In this document: one piece after another, positions 36,517-49,728 of the stretch | How the letters are laid out: each line of letters starts with the position of its first letter | How positions within the stretch are numbered: the stretch's first letter is position 1 | Assembly: GCA_010356995.1 (NCBI GenBank) | Contig: ML996691.1 | Coordinates: 440,174-504,173, forward strand | Source of the DNA: Trichodelitschia bisporula | Taxonomy: Eukaryota | Direction of reading: 5' to 3' | DNA length: 64,000 nucleotides | Translations under genes and position numbers: made by a program | The notes under the pieces: model-generated | What the model was told of the DNA's origin: nothing | Databases searched by the model: none | Seen by the model: the letters and a program-made list of their open reading frames with translations, nothing else

Positions 36517-37329
36517 GGTGAGGGAAGATGTGGATGCGGAAGCAGTACGCCAGGACGGTCAGGTGAGATGTTTATAAGTTGTTACCTGGCGTCGCGTCGA
36601 GGTCAAGGTGACGGACCGGCAACCGGCTCGAGATTTCGGACGAAGGGCACGCGGCTTATGACGGCGCGAATGGTCGCATTTGTCGTGTGCTGCAAGTGTC
36701 GTGACGCTCGACGGCATGACGGCGCTGATTCGCTCCCCGCGTGTGGGGTGACGCCGATCCACCGAGGCAAGGCCTATTGGTGTGGAGAAGTGGCCGAGAC
36801 CATGGGGGCGGAGCGCCCTAATTTCTGGGGTCGTCCGCCAAGACATTGTTTCTGGAGAAACGGGCCGAGAGACGCCAAGATCGTGATGTTGGAGGTGCTC
36901 ATGAACAAAGAACCGTGGCATATCGGAGAGCATCTCCGACCCGGTATCGAGACGACCAGTATCAAATACTGCTTCGGATTCAGCGACTAATGCCTGGAGC
37001 CTTTTTGCCGCTCAGAGTTCTTTCAACCGATGTTACCAAATTGTGTTCCGAAGTTCAGGTCGAACATCAGATTTCATCTCAACAACAGAAATATCTTCGA
37101 CCAAATAAGAGTCAGAAACGATCCACAAATCAACCACGCAATATCATGACACACGGACACACCCATCGGAAAGAGCAGCATGCACTTAATTGGTATTCAC
37201 ATCTAGTAGAAGATTTTCTAGCAGATATGAAGTCAATAGTCACAGCGTGTGCAGACGATGGAGCATGATGCGGAGCGCTCCAGGCCCACGTATGTTCGAT
37301 CACACGAAGAGGCAACAACCACCAGTTCT

Positions 37330-38142
37330 CTACCCAGCGTTCACGTCGATACCGAGCTTTCTGGCGACGGCAACGAATCCATCCTCATCTACAGATACCC
37401 AGACATCGACAAAACCCTGGAGATGCGCATCGCGGACTCCGTGGGCATCCCAATCCTCCTCCAGCGGCCTCTCCACATATACGGTACGGAACCCACAAGC
37501 CTTTGCAGCCTTGAGATCAGCCAGATGAGCAGCCACCATCACGCACTCCGCGGGTGCGCAGCCCAGCTTCTCCGCAGCTCCAAGGTACACTGCCGGGGAG
37601 GGCTTATATGAGTTGAACAGTTCGGCACTGAAGACATGGGTGAAGTCCAGATTGGCATGCTTTTTGAGGTCCTGCAACAGACTCAGATTGCCATTGCTCA
37701 GGGTGCACGTCTGGAACTTGGTGCACAGTGCGGCGATGCCTGCGGAGGAGTCGGGCCATGGGTTCAGTCGGTGCCAGATCAGACTCAAGTCGTGAACTTC
37801 CTCGGGTGTCCAGAGTCCCTCCAGCTGCCAGGCTGTCAAAAGCTCCCCCAGAGCGTCAAGATGGTGGTGGTCGACACTCTTCCATGGGATACTGGAGTCG
37901 CTGGCCAGTGCCTTGGTGAACTGCTTGTACGTGTTGCGCCACTCCTGAGCGAGTTTACCCCAATCCTCCGAGGTCAGCCCGGTCGCTCGCAGACGGACCG
38001 CGGATGGTATGGAGGATGTTGGTGAATTGAGAGCGACATGACAAGCATCCGCGAGGCCGTTGGTGACGGTCGACCTCCAGTCAACACAGGTTCCGAAGAC
38101 ATCGAACAGCAGAGCGCGCGCAGGAGGGTCAGTAAAACTCAT
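37330..38142 (-). CDS. HAD-superfamily haloacid dehalogenase type II-like hydrolase
   Basis: ALLFDVFGTCVDWR, WHRLNPWPDS, LSNGN, SAELFNSYKPSPAVYLGA, MVAAHLADLKAAKACG..TVYVERP. An in-frame upstream ATG lies at 38259. Confidence 0.9.
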   Translation of the reverse strand: MSFTDPPARALLFDVFGTCVDWRSTVTNGLADACHVALNSPTSSIPSAVRLRATGLTSEDWGKLAQEWRNTYKQFTKALASDSSIPWKSVDHHHLDALGELLTAWQLEGLWTPEEVHDLSLIWHRLNPWPDSSAGIAALCTKFQTCTLSNGNLSLLQDLKKHANLDFTHVFSAELFNSYKPSPAVYLGAAEKLGCAPAECVMVAAHLADLKAAKACGFRTVYVERPLEEDWDAHGVRDAHLQGFVDVWVSVDEDGFVAVARKLGIDVNAG

Positions 38143-38513
38143 GATTGCTCGCTGTAGGTAGGCCGTTGTGAACGGTAAGGATGCAGAACGCAGCCGAGGA
38201 GAGACTGACAAACATGTCTGACTTGCCCGAACACACGTGCGTGCGTGCTCGGATAACATCAATCTCAATTGCAGCCGAAGACTCACCCGAGCCAATGACG
38301 CAGCACACGTGATTGATAACACCAGAGCACACCGATGGAACAAATGAGTTGAACATCACGACGGACAAAGATTTTTGAAGTTTGATTATTTGGTATCATT
38401 CATGAACAAGCCCACAACTCCGTTTCCTATCACATGTGTGGACTCCTTAGGAATCCCAACCCAGCCCATTGATCAACGCTGCAACCCATTGCAGACAGAC
38501 CCGAGAAACTTCA

Positions 38514-39215
<702 letters not shown>

Positions 39216-39761
39216 TCAAGTGGCTTGCGGACAGGGCGTTCTCTCCCATTCGGCTGATTTGCCGGGGGCTGGGTTTTAGCTGGGTTGCCAGGGGGAGTGG
39301 CTTTTTGCTAGGGCAGCATCATCGGCCGCTAACAAAAGTCAGCACTCTTTCCAGGAACGGGTTAGCGTCAGCATCACTTTGAGCATCAGTACTTCTGCAT
39401 TCTCCCATTGGCCACGCTTCTTCAACAGCAAACAAAGCAGACGTGGGAGACTGGCAACTTTCCATATTTTTTGCCTTTGCAGCAAAACATTCCTTCCCTC
39501 CACCCACCCCCCCAGTCCCTTAGGCAACTGTACTGGTGAATTCGTTCCCTCACTCACGCGCCTTCCACGCATAAACGCTTGGCATTTCCATTTCCCATCA
39601 AATCAACAAGCCCCGCCCCCGCCTGCAGCCCATAAGTACTTTGTCGCCCGCCCACCCCTCCATCTTTTTACATCCACACCGCATCCCCATCTCCAGTTCT
39701 CTGTCCATCGGCATCCCCCATCCACCCACACTTTTCCATCTCGACAAAGTCTTTCTTCGAA

Positions 39762-40416
<655 letters not shown>

Positions 40417-40753
40417 GCGTCTTGTCTCTTGATGAACTGGCTGGCGGCTACTTCCACGGTTGCAGGCGTTGATGGGTTGTTTTAGCGGGGTCACGGGAAC
40501 GGGAATGGGATCGAACTTACGATGTGCTCCAATGGTGCTTAGGGCTGTACATTAATCTCACGGAAATGCACACGTCCTTTTCGTTACTGCTGAAGTCTTG
40601 TCTTGATTGAATCCCGTCTTCTCGTTGTGATGTAGCTCTAGCAATCCAGCTTCTGTCCAAAAGTACACTGCTGTTGATCTCGATGTGTCCATGCCCTGTG
40701 TCTATCGCAGTATCCCGTGGGGTATATCAAGTGAAGTCTATGTGTACATGGTT

Positions 40754-41610
40754 CTATATGTGGTTCCTTGAGGAGCTCTGTGCTTCATGGTCCGCTTTAT
40801 TCTCGCGCTCTTGCTTCGCCGCACGCTGGTTCAGGATGGAAAGATAGGTCTGCCATCCGATGGCGATGACCCCTGATGCGATATTAGGCTTCCGTCTTAT
40901 GACACTCTCCGCTGTGACTCACCGGCAAAGAGGCCTCTCAGCTCTAGCCGTATGAAGGCGAAGCTGAATGCCGTCACAGCAGGCCACAGCTTCCAGCTGT
41001 TGATCCAGCTCCTCGGCACCGTATGCTTAATCCTCTCCACAATGTCTGCCGCACTCGCACCGCTCAGCGCTGACTGCATGCCAAAGAAGTAGGTGTTGAA
41101 GATGGGCGTAAACACAATCTGGTTGATAACGACCTTGAGCACGATGCTCCCCCACTTGGACGCATAGTTGAAGTTGCGCGACAGGAACACAAACCAGTGG
41201 TAGCCCGGTATGGCCGCCAACCCACCGATAACCAGCGCACGCGCCGTCCGCGCCGGGTCGTAGGCCGCCGGCGACCCATCGTCACGCCCTGACGGCGTCG
41301 GCGCGAGGTGCTGCGCCGTCAGATCCCCTACTAGGTACACTACGAGCGCCGACACGAACTGCGTCGTGCGCGGCCGCCGCGCGTGCACCCTGGTGTATGC
41401 GGCTAGCGGCGCGGTCCAGATCCAGATTGGCCCGGGAATGGAGCGTGAGGCGGCGGCTTGCGCGTTGAGGGAGGAGGGGGGTGGTGGTGGTGGTTGTGAT
41501 GACGGTGGTGGGGACGGGGTGGAGTATGGGCGGCGGCGGGGGAGGAGGCGGCGCAGGGTGCGAAGGAAGGGATGGGACGGCGGTCGCGCTACGGTGAGGA
41601 GGGCTTTCAT
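40754..41610 (-). CDS. Mpv17/PMP22 family membrane protein (Sym1-like) with Arg-rich N-terminal presequence
   Basis: TQFVSALVVYLVGDLTAQ, YDPARTAR, KVVINQIVFTP, SWKLWPAVTAFSF, GVIAIGWQTYLS. Intron 40873-40922. Confidence 0.88.
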
Positions 41611-44006
41611 CGTGGGTTGTTGGCGGGAGAGATGGCCATGGTAGTGAGGCGTGAGGTGAGGTTCATTGCGTCAATTGGGTGATTTGGCAAAAAAAGTCGA
41701 TAGGCCTGCCGATCCCGAGCTTCGGCTGCGGGTAACGGCGACACGCGAACATTTGGGAATGGTATAGTGGGCGATTTTGCATTTTAATTCGCAATAATGC
41801 CGTAGATGATGAAAGTCCCTCACTAGCTGTGCTAATTCATCTTGGAACCTGGATGCTTTTTATCGGATTGCGTCGAAGTGCAACCTCGGTGACATTGATA
41901 TGGCCAGGTTCTTTCGAACCGCTTTTTAGCTGAACGTCTGAATACCAACTCAAACCATGAAAAAATCAACACCAGGCGTGAAGTTTCCAAAGGTCAGTCC
42001 ATTGAATCACACTATACCAGCCCTTAATGTAGTAACCATATGAGCCTGCTAGATCTCGGGATGAGGTTGAAGATGCAGGTAGATGGTTGTGGGGATGTTC
42101 GGAACTGTGGGGTTATCGGATCTGAAGCCATCGCCCCGCAACCGTCTGACGTCTTTCATGGTCCTAACACAATATGCAAGCATAACCATAGGCATACAGA
42201 GTACATGTAGACATAGCAATGTTCTAATACCCGAATAGTGATGCCCGGTGATACCGCAAGTCCATGCAGCTACGGTGAAGAAAGCCGGTAAGACCTACCG
42301 AGACACTGCAAACACATACACGGTTGTACTATCTCGATTGCGACTGAAGCCGCATACCGACGACTTCCGGCAAAGACCGGCGCACGTAGCCCCGGCTGCT
42401 TCCATCTGACAAAGCTTAGTTCTAGAGGTAGAGTCGCGCTGGTACTGCTAAAGATGAGGAGACTGGGCTAGAAGCTTCGAACCATCGGGACGGACTCCCA
42501 ACAAGACATGGCTCGCACAACAGAACGAGTCTCGACGAGTCGATGGCACAATGGGACCGCTCATCGGAGCGGGATTACCAGCTTCATCGTCACTAATAAG
42601 CCGAAGGGCGAATGAAGACTTAGGATTTAGAAAAAAGGTGCTGCGACGGACATATATGTGGGGACGGTCGAGGGCAGCAAGGTCAGCGGGCAGTTGGATT
42701 CGGCGCATCGCAGCATGCCATTGGCGAAGACGGTCTGCATGATAGCTGTATACGGAGCGCCGCACCGGAGGAAATCGAGAGCTGCAATGCACATGCTCCG
42801 CACACACCGCATGCTGTTATTTGGTGCAGCGACCTGGGCGTGCCGGCGCGTCTCGGAGCAACGCGAGGTTTGTGGGGGAGTAGAACTGGTCGAGTCCATG
42901 CGCAGCCGGCGGTTCACCAACCTCTACACATGCCAAGGATCTGGAAGCTGCCATTTGCCTCTGGCTTCGGGCGTAAGTTCGACATCGGGGACACGCTTGG
43001 ACCATTGCACTCGGGCTACGCCATTTGAACGATAGAGTTCCGAGGGCTCAGGAGGGGCAAAGCGGTACGACGGGTTAGCAGGAGATCGAGGCGTCCCGTA
43101 GCTCGAATGCTCGGCAGACACGTCGAGTTGCGTGGGGCGCAGACGCTGACGCACGAAGCTCAGCGCTGGCGGTACGGTGCAGCATGGTATGGTGAAGCGT
43201 GTGCCTTTGCGAAGCCAGAGGGAAGTCTAGCAGGGCAAGGTACATATGAAGATGCTGGGGTATGCAGAAGTACGCTGCTAGGCGCATTTGAATATCTGCA
43301 GTTACTCTATTTCCGATGGTAATATGAGTAAGGGATATGGGACGAGGATGTCCCTGAACATGGGAAAAGACGTGGCACTTCCATAAGATCACAAACTTAA
43401 GTCTCAAGGTCACCTTACTCGGATGCTCAACCTGATGCAAAGGTACGATGAAGGGCGTAGCAAGGCCACGATATCCAGGTCCGCTCGAGTCGAGGGGGGA
43501 AGTGCGGGGGAGGGGGTGTGCGAGGAAGACACTGAAGAGACAGATTTGGTCGGCAGGCGGATCTCCCGCCGTTCCCGCACCTTCGACCGTTGGATTTGAG
43601 CCCCGGACGGTAGCGGCTGATAGCTTGGGGATGCCTTTTCCAATACTCCGTACCTTCATGTCTTCGACAGCTGCTAGCAAGGACGCGTTGAAAGAGATGC
43701 ACAACAAACAAGATCATCACTGCAGTTAGAGAGGAGGGGAGACGACGAATGAGAAGAGTACAGACGACTTTCATCGATGAGCGCGCAGCGCGTTCCAGGG
43801 AAGTAGTGACGGTGACTGGGGACAGCTGGAGAGAGACAAGAGAGTCAAGAGAATGCAAGAGGAGACAAAAGACGAGAAGAGAAGATCCAGAGAGAGCTGC
43901 AAAGTGCAGAAACGCGTAAAACACGCTAGTGAAAACGCGCCATCCCAAAGAGGAGGTGGAGTGGCGCCACGGCCCGCTATCATCCAGTTCTCCACCAAAA
44001 ATGCCC

Positions 44007-44008
<2 letters not shown>

Positions 44009-44038
<30 letters not shown>
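44009..44038. repeat. (CT)15 microsatellite
   Basis: Direct reading. Confidence 0.95.
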
Positions 44039-44042
<4 letters not shown>

Positions 44043-44831
44043 TTCCAACTCTCAACTCCCAAGAAGCTCTCCCCACCCCCAACTCTACTCAATAATTCAC
44101 CCGAGTCGTCAATTCCAGGACCTTGAAGAGCTGGACTCCTTTCATCACTCAACCCCCCCTTCTCCTCGTTGAGCTGGGTTGTGAGGGTGATACGTTCAAA
44201 GTGCTAAAGTGCTAGTCTGCAACCAGCAGCCCCCAGGTCCCGCGGGGGGCCCGTGACACTCCTCCCTCCCTCGGCGCACTGGCCTTGACTCCGTCACCAA
44301 CTCTTCCCGACAAAGCTTCTGTTTCGTTCTCACTCTTTTTACCTATCTTAAGCTCATTTTGCTCTCTTTCTTCCCTCAGGCTCTCCAATTCTGCAGCTCT
44401 GCAGCTCTTCTCTGTGCTCCTCTTCTTCCCCTCGTCTTCACTGCTCGTCCTAAGCCGATCCGAGCTTGGCACCAGAACTCGTCACACTCCCGCCTACCGT
44501 TCGCACACCCGCCTCTTAAAAGTCGCGCCCAGTCTTGTCGCCCCCCCCCAGTCCGCCGTCCACCTCAACCTACCCACCCGCTGCTCGCCCACCTCCTACC
44601 CCCCCGTGCCCCCTCCCCCCCAAAATCCCTCCCCACGGTCCACCCCAACCCGCAGCGCGCTAAACTTCTGCCCCCGTTGCATGCTCTCCCATCTCATCTC
44701 ACTTCCTCTTGTCTCGTCTCGTCTCGCTTCTCCACATCCCCCATCCCCAAAACCTAACTGTCATAATCACCTTTATTTCGCTGCACAAGTCTACGCGCTT
44801 TGTTCGCATTCCTAAGATCTCATCGCTGCAA

Positions 44832-44852
44832 TTGTTGTTGTTGTTGTTGTTG
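44832..44852. repeat. (TTG)7 microsatellite
   Basis: Direct reading. Confidence 0.9.
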
Positions 44853-45343
44853 TCACTGCGATCCTCCAGAATCCCATCTCATCCTCGCGCCGCACCAGCC
44901 GCATCGCGCAATTCGCAGCTTTGCGCTTCTCAACCTCACCTCTCAAAACGCGCCCGCCGCTTTGCGCCGCCTCTCGAATGTTAGTTGCGCGCGCATATCC
45001 GATCGTAAAGCGCGTTGCTTATCAGAATTATAGACGGCCGTTTCGTCGCGCTTCAGCTCCCGTCCTCCGTTGCGACTTTTGTGGGAACCTCACCAACTGT
45101 CGCCCAATTCCCAGCCACCTCGGACGAGCCCATCTCCTCAACAACCCCCGAACCTGCAGCTGAGGTTGAAAACGCGCTCGACTGCGATCGGAAACTATAA
45201 ATCCATCACATTACGCTGGACTACGCATCTGGCCGAGCTGGTTGACGCGTCTCGCTCGTCGAGTTTAGAGCCACCCTCGCGGGTCCGGCAAGGTGCTTTC
45301 ATATCCTTATCACAATACACCTACCCGTCGAGGGACCGTCACG

Positions 45344-47236
45344 ATGCTTCCGACAACTCCCAAAACCTCACAGACTCTTCCGCGCAACTTCATCTTCCAC
45401 CCGGCTGGAATCCGACCGCCTCGAACACCAGAGCCAGGAAGCCGGCGCGGTCATGACGGACAACCTTGTCCTCCACCAACCCCCATTCGTGGTGTCGAAC
45501 CTTATCGCTTGAGGCGGAGACGCGCAACGCATCGGTCCTTGAAGTCTGCCGGCTTATCATCGACTTCGCTCCGCGAACCGCGTAAAGATGTACACGCCTC
45601 AAAGCCCCAGCCTAGTAACGGCGATGGAAGATATCAACGGTCGTTACTAGGGGTTGAAATATCGCATTTGTCTCCTCCCCGGACGCCCATTCGTCAGATT
45701 TACAGAGCCAATGAATCTGGAAGCTCAGAACAGACCGACTGGGATACGGAGGAGTCGGCCAGTCAAGGAGGGAGCATTACCAGGCCTTCAACAGCATGCT
45801 CGATGTTCTCCAACTCATCCGACGATTCTAGCGTGGAATCTTTCCCTTCGTTGGGAGAGTGCTCATCAACGCGTGGGTTCGACGCCTTTGACGACTGCGT
45901 CTATCCCATTCCAACAGGAAATTCGAAAATGCTATCTCCACTGCAAGCATATGCGCCCAAGACCCGTTTTCAGTCCCGATTGTCTCAGAAGCGAACGTGG
46001 TCGGAGGACATGGACAACCATCTGTGGATGACGTATATGCGCTACCTGCAAGACCCTAGGCATACGCCTTTCAAAATGTTGCCAGGCACCGCGCCCCCGC
46101 TGGGAGTATGCTCCCGTGTCGTCCGCGAAGCGAAAAAGACGTGGAAAGGTCACGGTGCCGCTGCTGCATCGCGGACTCAGCGTCCAACGCGCCGGACCAG
46201 CCATCGACTTGAATCCTTGGCTTCCCCAATGGCCAGCAGCGCCATGCCCGTGATTGTGGAACCTCGGAAGTCGCATGTGCCATGGCCGCGATCTGACGCC
46301 GCGACGCGGCGGCGACTGAGGGACCTTTGCAAGCGGAAACCTTCACTTTCGGCCTACTACACGCGCATCCTCCGAAGTCCTTCGCCTGCTCCGCAATGTG
46401 CTCCTCCCGTATACGCCTCGCTGAATGCCGAAGTACAACCCGCGGCGCCTGTCGACGTGAAATCGAGCTTTTCTACCCGCGACATGAATATCTCCTTAGC
46501 CACCAGCACCTCATCGACTATGAGGCTCGATGGCATCCTTGCCCAGCTCGCAAGTGAGAATGAGGCGAGGCCCATTCCGGAGCAGCGACCAATTCGATCT
46601 TTCGCCCACCAGAAGAGCCAGTCGTTGCATATTGGACTGGGAAACGGAGCTTACCCTAGTCGTGCACTCGCATCCCCGTTCAGGCCCCTGGTAGAGTCCA
46701 GGCAAGGCGGCGCCTCCCGTTTCACGGGCCATGAATCAGCACAACGCTTGGAAGGTACCCCGGCACTCGAGCTTTTCGCACCCGCACCCCTACGCACCTT
46801 CAAGCGGTCGGCTCAGCACGATCTCCACGATATGATGAGTTCCAACGAGCCTTCTGGACGTCCAGGCCATCTTGTACAGGGGATTTTCAGGTCGTTGGAG
46901 TCTGGCCACAGACGCGTCCGGAGTCGTGGCTTTAGCCTGGGGGACATGAGCGCCTCACCTCGTCCTCCAGCCATTTTCAACTCAATTTCCAGTTTGGAAC
47001 AGCGCGTCGAACCTGCTCCTCAGCCGGCTCCAGCAAGGCTATTCGTACTTCAGGACGATTCTGAAGCGATGAACAGACTCGGATCACCGTTTTCTGAGAG
47101 CTCAATGAAGCCCCGCTTCAACACATTTCCACGCGCTTTCTCACCTATTGCGGTCGAGACTACCGAAACAGACCAGCCAACTGCAGAAGCTTCTGTTTCG
47201 AACCAGTCTGCTGCGTACCCGTTCAGCTTCATCTAG
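45344..47236 (+). CDS. Uncharacterised 630-aa S/P/R-rich fungal protein with one compact helical, Myb/SANT-like block
   Basis: Long intronless ORF; ordered block WSEDMDNHLWMTYMRYLQDPRHTPFKMLPGTAPPLGVCSRVVREAKKTW...WPRSDAATRRRLRDLCKRK; motifs PPRTP, HQKSQSL, RRVRSRG, RLGSPF. Confidence 0.8.
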   Translation: MLPTTPKTSQTLPRNFIFHPAGIRPPRTPEPGSRRGHDGQPCPPPTPIRGVEPYRLRRRRATHRSLKSAGLSSTSLREPRKDVHASKPQPSNGDGRYQRSLLGVEISHLSPPRTPIRQIYRANESGSSEQTDWDTEESASQGGSITRPSTACSMFSNSSDDSSVESFPSLGECSSTRGFDAFDDCVYPIPTGNSKMLSPLQAYAPKTRFQSRLSQKRTWSEDMDNHLWMTYMRYLQDPRHTPFKMLPGTAPPLGVCSRVVREAKKTWKGHGAAAASRTQRPTRRTSHRLESLASPMASSAMPVIVEPRKSHVPWPRSDAATRRRLRDLCKRKPSLSAYYTRILRSPSPAPQCAPPVYASLNAEVQPAAPVDVKSSFSTRDMNISLATSTSSTMRLDGILAQLASENEARPIPEQRPIRSFAHQKSQSLHIGLGNGAYPSRALASPFRPLVESRQGGASRFTGHESAQRLEGTPALELFAPAPLRTFKRSAQHDLHDMMSSNEPSGRPGHLVQGIFRSLESGHRRVRSRGFSLGDMSASPRPPAIFNSISSLEQRVEPAPQPAPARLFVLQDDSEAMNRLGSPFSESSMKPRFNTFPRAFSPIAVETTETDQPTAEASVSNQSAAYPFSFI

Positions 47237-48207
47237 ACTATGGCGCATACTTTTTGGTCTGACCAACAGTCTGCAATCTGCATTTTTGGTCTGCATTTTT
47301 GCACTAGGGCGGCACCGCCCGCTCCTTCGCTGCTTGCATAGCATGATCGGCGTTATGGAACGATGGCATGTTAAGATCTCTTAATACCGCAAATGTCGGC
47401 ATAAAATTGGCGTAATTTTTGCATCGGCCAGTTGTTCTGGCTTGGGTTTGTAAATTCTGCTTGCGAGTCTCATGTTTGTGATCTGGCTCATGAGTTATGA
47501 CTGTCATGGCATCTTTCACCTTTTTGGCAGTTCCGAAAAAGGCTTCCTTGTCTTTAATTTTCTTGGGGGAAGTCTACATTTTGACACTCCTCGCGAGAGC
47601 GATGCCATCTGTCGGCTGCTTCCCCTGTTGTGTAAAGTTTTCTTCTATTTTCCTCTTGTTATTTCACGATGATATGCCGATACGATTGCAATAGACGAAT
47701 TTGGAGGGTTGGATTTGTAGCCGGACAATTTGGACGGCGCTGCACCTGAGTTTGAAGGGGAAGAGGTAGATAATTCAAGGTGATCCTCGACCTGCCTGCT
47801 TGAATCTTCGTAAATGACCGGTACGAATGAAACTTCAATCGACAATCTGGTCGAAGCTTCACTTCCTGACCATGTTTCGTTGCGAAGCAATTGCCTAGAC
47901 GCGTTCATTGCCTCCTGTAGGATCTCGTCGAGGACGCAACAGCAAAGTATTATCTTGGTATAAGTGACATGGTCGGCATCTGACCTCATCGCCATTGCGG
48001 CCTCACCGTAGTCCTCCGCCGCATCTTCAACCATTGTAGCCTCAAGGATGCCATTCTGGCCGCCCCAAAGCCAGTAATTAGTATCTCCTCCGGCGTTCGG
48101 CCGACGCGGCTCACACCTGGCATCTCACCCCTGCACTTGCTCCTGGCCCCTCCAAAGCTACACTGATGGACTAGCTCCCGACCTTACCTCCTCCACCATC
48201 TCGAAAC

Positions 48208-49184
48208 ATGTCCACTAAGCTCTCCCCGACCCTCAAAGCGCTCATCATCGCGTCCCATGCGCGCCCAAACCCCGTGCCCGTCCCCACCGCCATCGCCACC
48301 CTATACGCGCGCATTAGCCGGGAAGCGGAATCTCACGGCGTCGGCCCCGGCGCCTGGCTGTGTATCGCGGTACGATGGGCACCCGAGTTGAATCCAAAGC
48401 TGATGACATTAGCTAGGCCGGCGCGACGCTCACACTGAATTGCCCCGCTGCGTTGCCGCTTCTCCATGCGCAGATTGCGCCGCCGGATGCGGGTGTTGAG
48501 GCGCAGGTGCGGGCGGCGGAACTGATTCGCGAGGTTGGACTGAAGTGTATCTCATTCAATGGAGTGGGTAGTTCCTCGGCCTCATTGTGCTGTGGGCGCG
48601 TCTGACAGGAACAGATTCCTCGCACGATAAATGCCCTTAACGCATTCCGCGCCGCACTGCCCGGGAATGTAACCTCCGCTCTCTCGACGACACCCTCACG
48701 ACATATCACCCACTCCAATGTTTCCGCAATTGAGGCGCGAGGCCGCGCACTTTGGGACTCTATCTACAACCCATTTGAGGTGAAGCTACTGGGCAAGCTG
48801 GCGGCCGCACATCCGGACCTTCCGGTACACATTCTCGACTCCCACTACGGACCGCTACTGGCTGATCCGCCGGGCGAGATGGACTTGGGAAGGGTGGGGC
48901 GGATAGGCACGAGCCTGATTGCTATAGCATGTTTGAGAGCACAGGCGGGGGTAGGGCCACAGGTTCTGAGCCATGTATTTGGGTTGAGGAAGGGGGTTGA
49001 GGAACTGGCTGGGCAGAAGAAGGAACATGAAGGTGTGGAGACCGACGGTGAGCTCGGTATGGGAGACATACAGTGGCTCAGGGGTGACGAGGGCTGCGAG
49101 TGGGTGCTGGATGTTGTTGATCGTGTAACGGGAGTGATTGGACGGGAGGGAGGCGAGGCGGGAGCCGCGAAGGCGAAGTTATAG
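48208..49184 (+). CDS. CMD/AhpD-like fold peroxisomal protein (Pxp2-like)
   Basis: [86 protein letters not shown]; PTS1 -AKL*. Introns 48370-48416 and 48564-48614. Confidence 0.75.
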
Positions 49185-49586
49185 AGTAGAGCCTGAGCTC
49201 CTGCGCCGTGAGATCGGAAAGCAACATGCTAGATTTTCGAGTGACATTGCTTGATATGGATCGGGTCCAGTTCTCATGCGGCAGTACTGCATCTACTGGC
49301 CTTTGATTCCTCAAGTCCGTTGCAGGAAGGTCTGCTGTAGGGCCCAACCGCTGTCAGTCTGAGCTCTTCGTGTGTACCGCAAGTTTTGTGTCTCCTGTCG
49401 AAAAGTGGCAGATGTTGGGCACCTTGTAAGTCGAAGTCTACTATGTAAATGTGCTCCGAATATCGACGAAACTGCAGCAAAACGATTGGAGGGCGCAAGG
49501 CTTGACATTCTGCCTGAGGCCTGTTTGGCCAAGCCGGTCAGCGCGGGGGGCGACTGTTGACAGGGGCTCGCACAACAGGTGGTGGG

Positions 49587-49600
49587 GTAAACAAACAAAT
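49587..49600 (+). promoter_or_regulatory. Forkhead-type binding site(s) upstream of BUB1
   Basis: GTAAACAAACAAAT about 130-140 nt before the ATG matches the forkhead consensus RYMAAYA. Confidence 0.45.
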
Positions 49601-49728
49601 CAAGTCTCCATACATCCACCACAACATCCACGAACCACGGCTTTCACGAACAACAACAAGCTGGGCGGTTCCTCTTTTTTGACCGCTACCCTTTCCATTG
49701 CCCACATCGCCAGTTGCGGCCTCACAAG

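Noticed and set aside
41806..41941. ATGATGA...CTGA, possible C/D snoRNA
   Set aside because: No terminal stem or recognisable rRNA antisense element; such boxes are common by chance.
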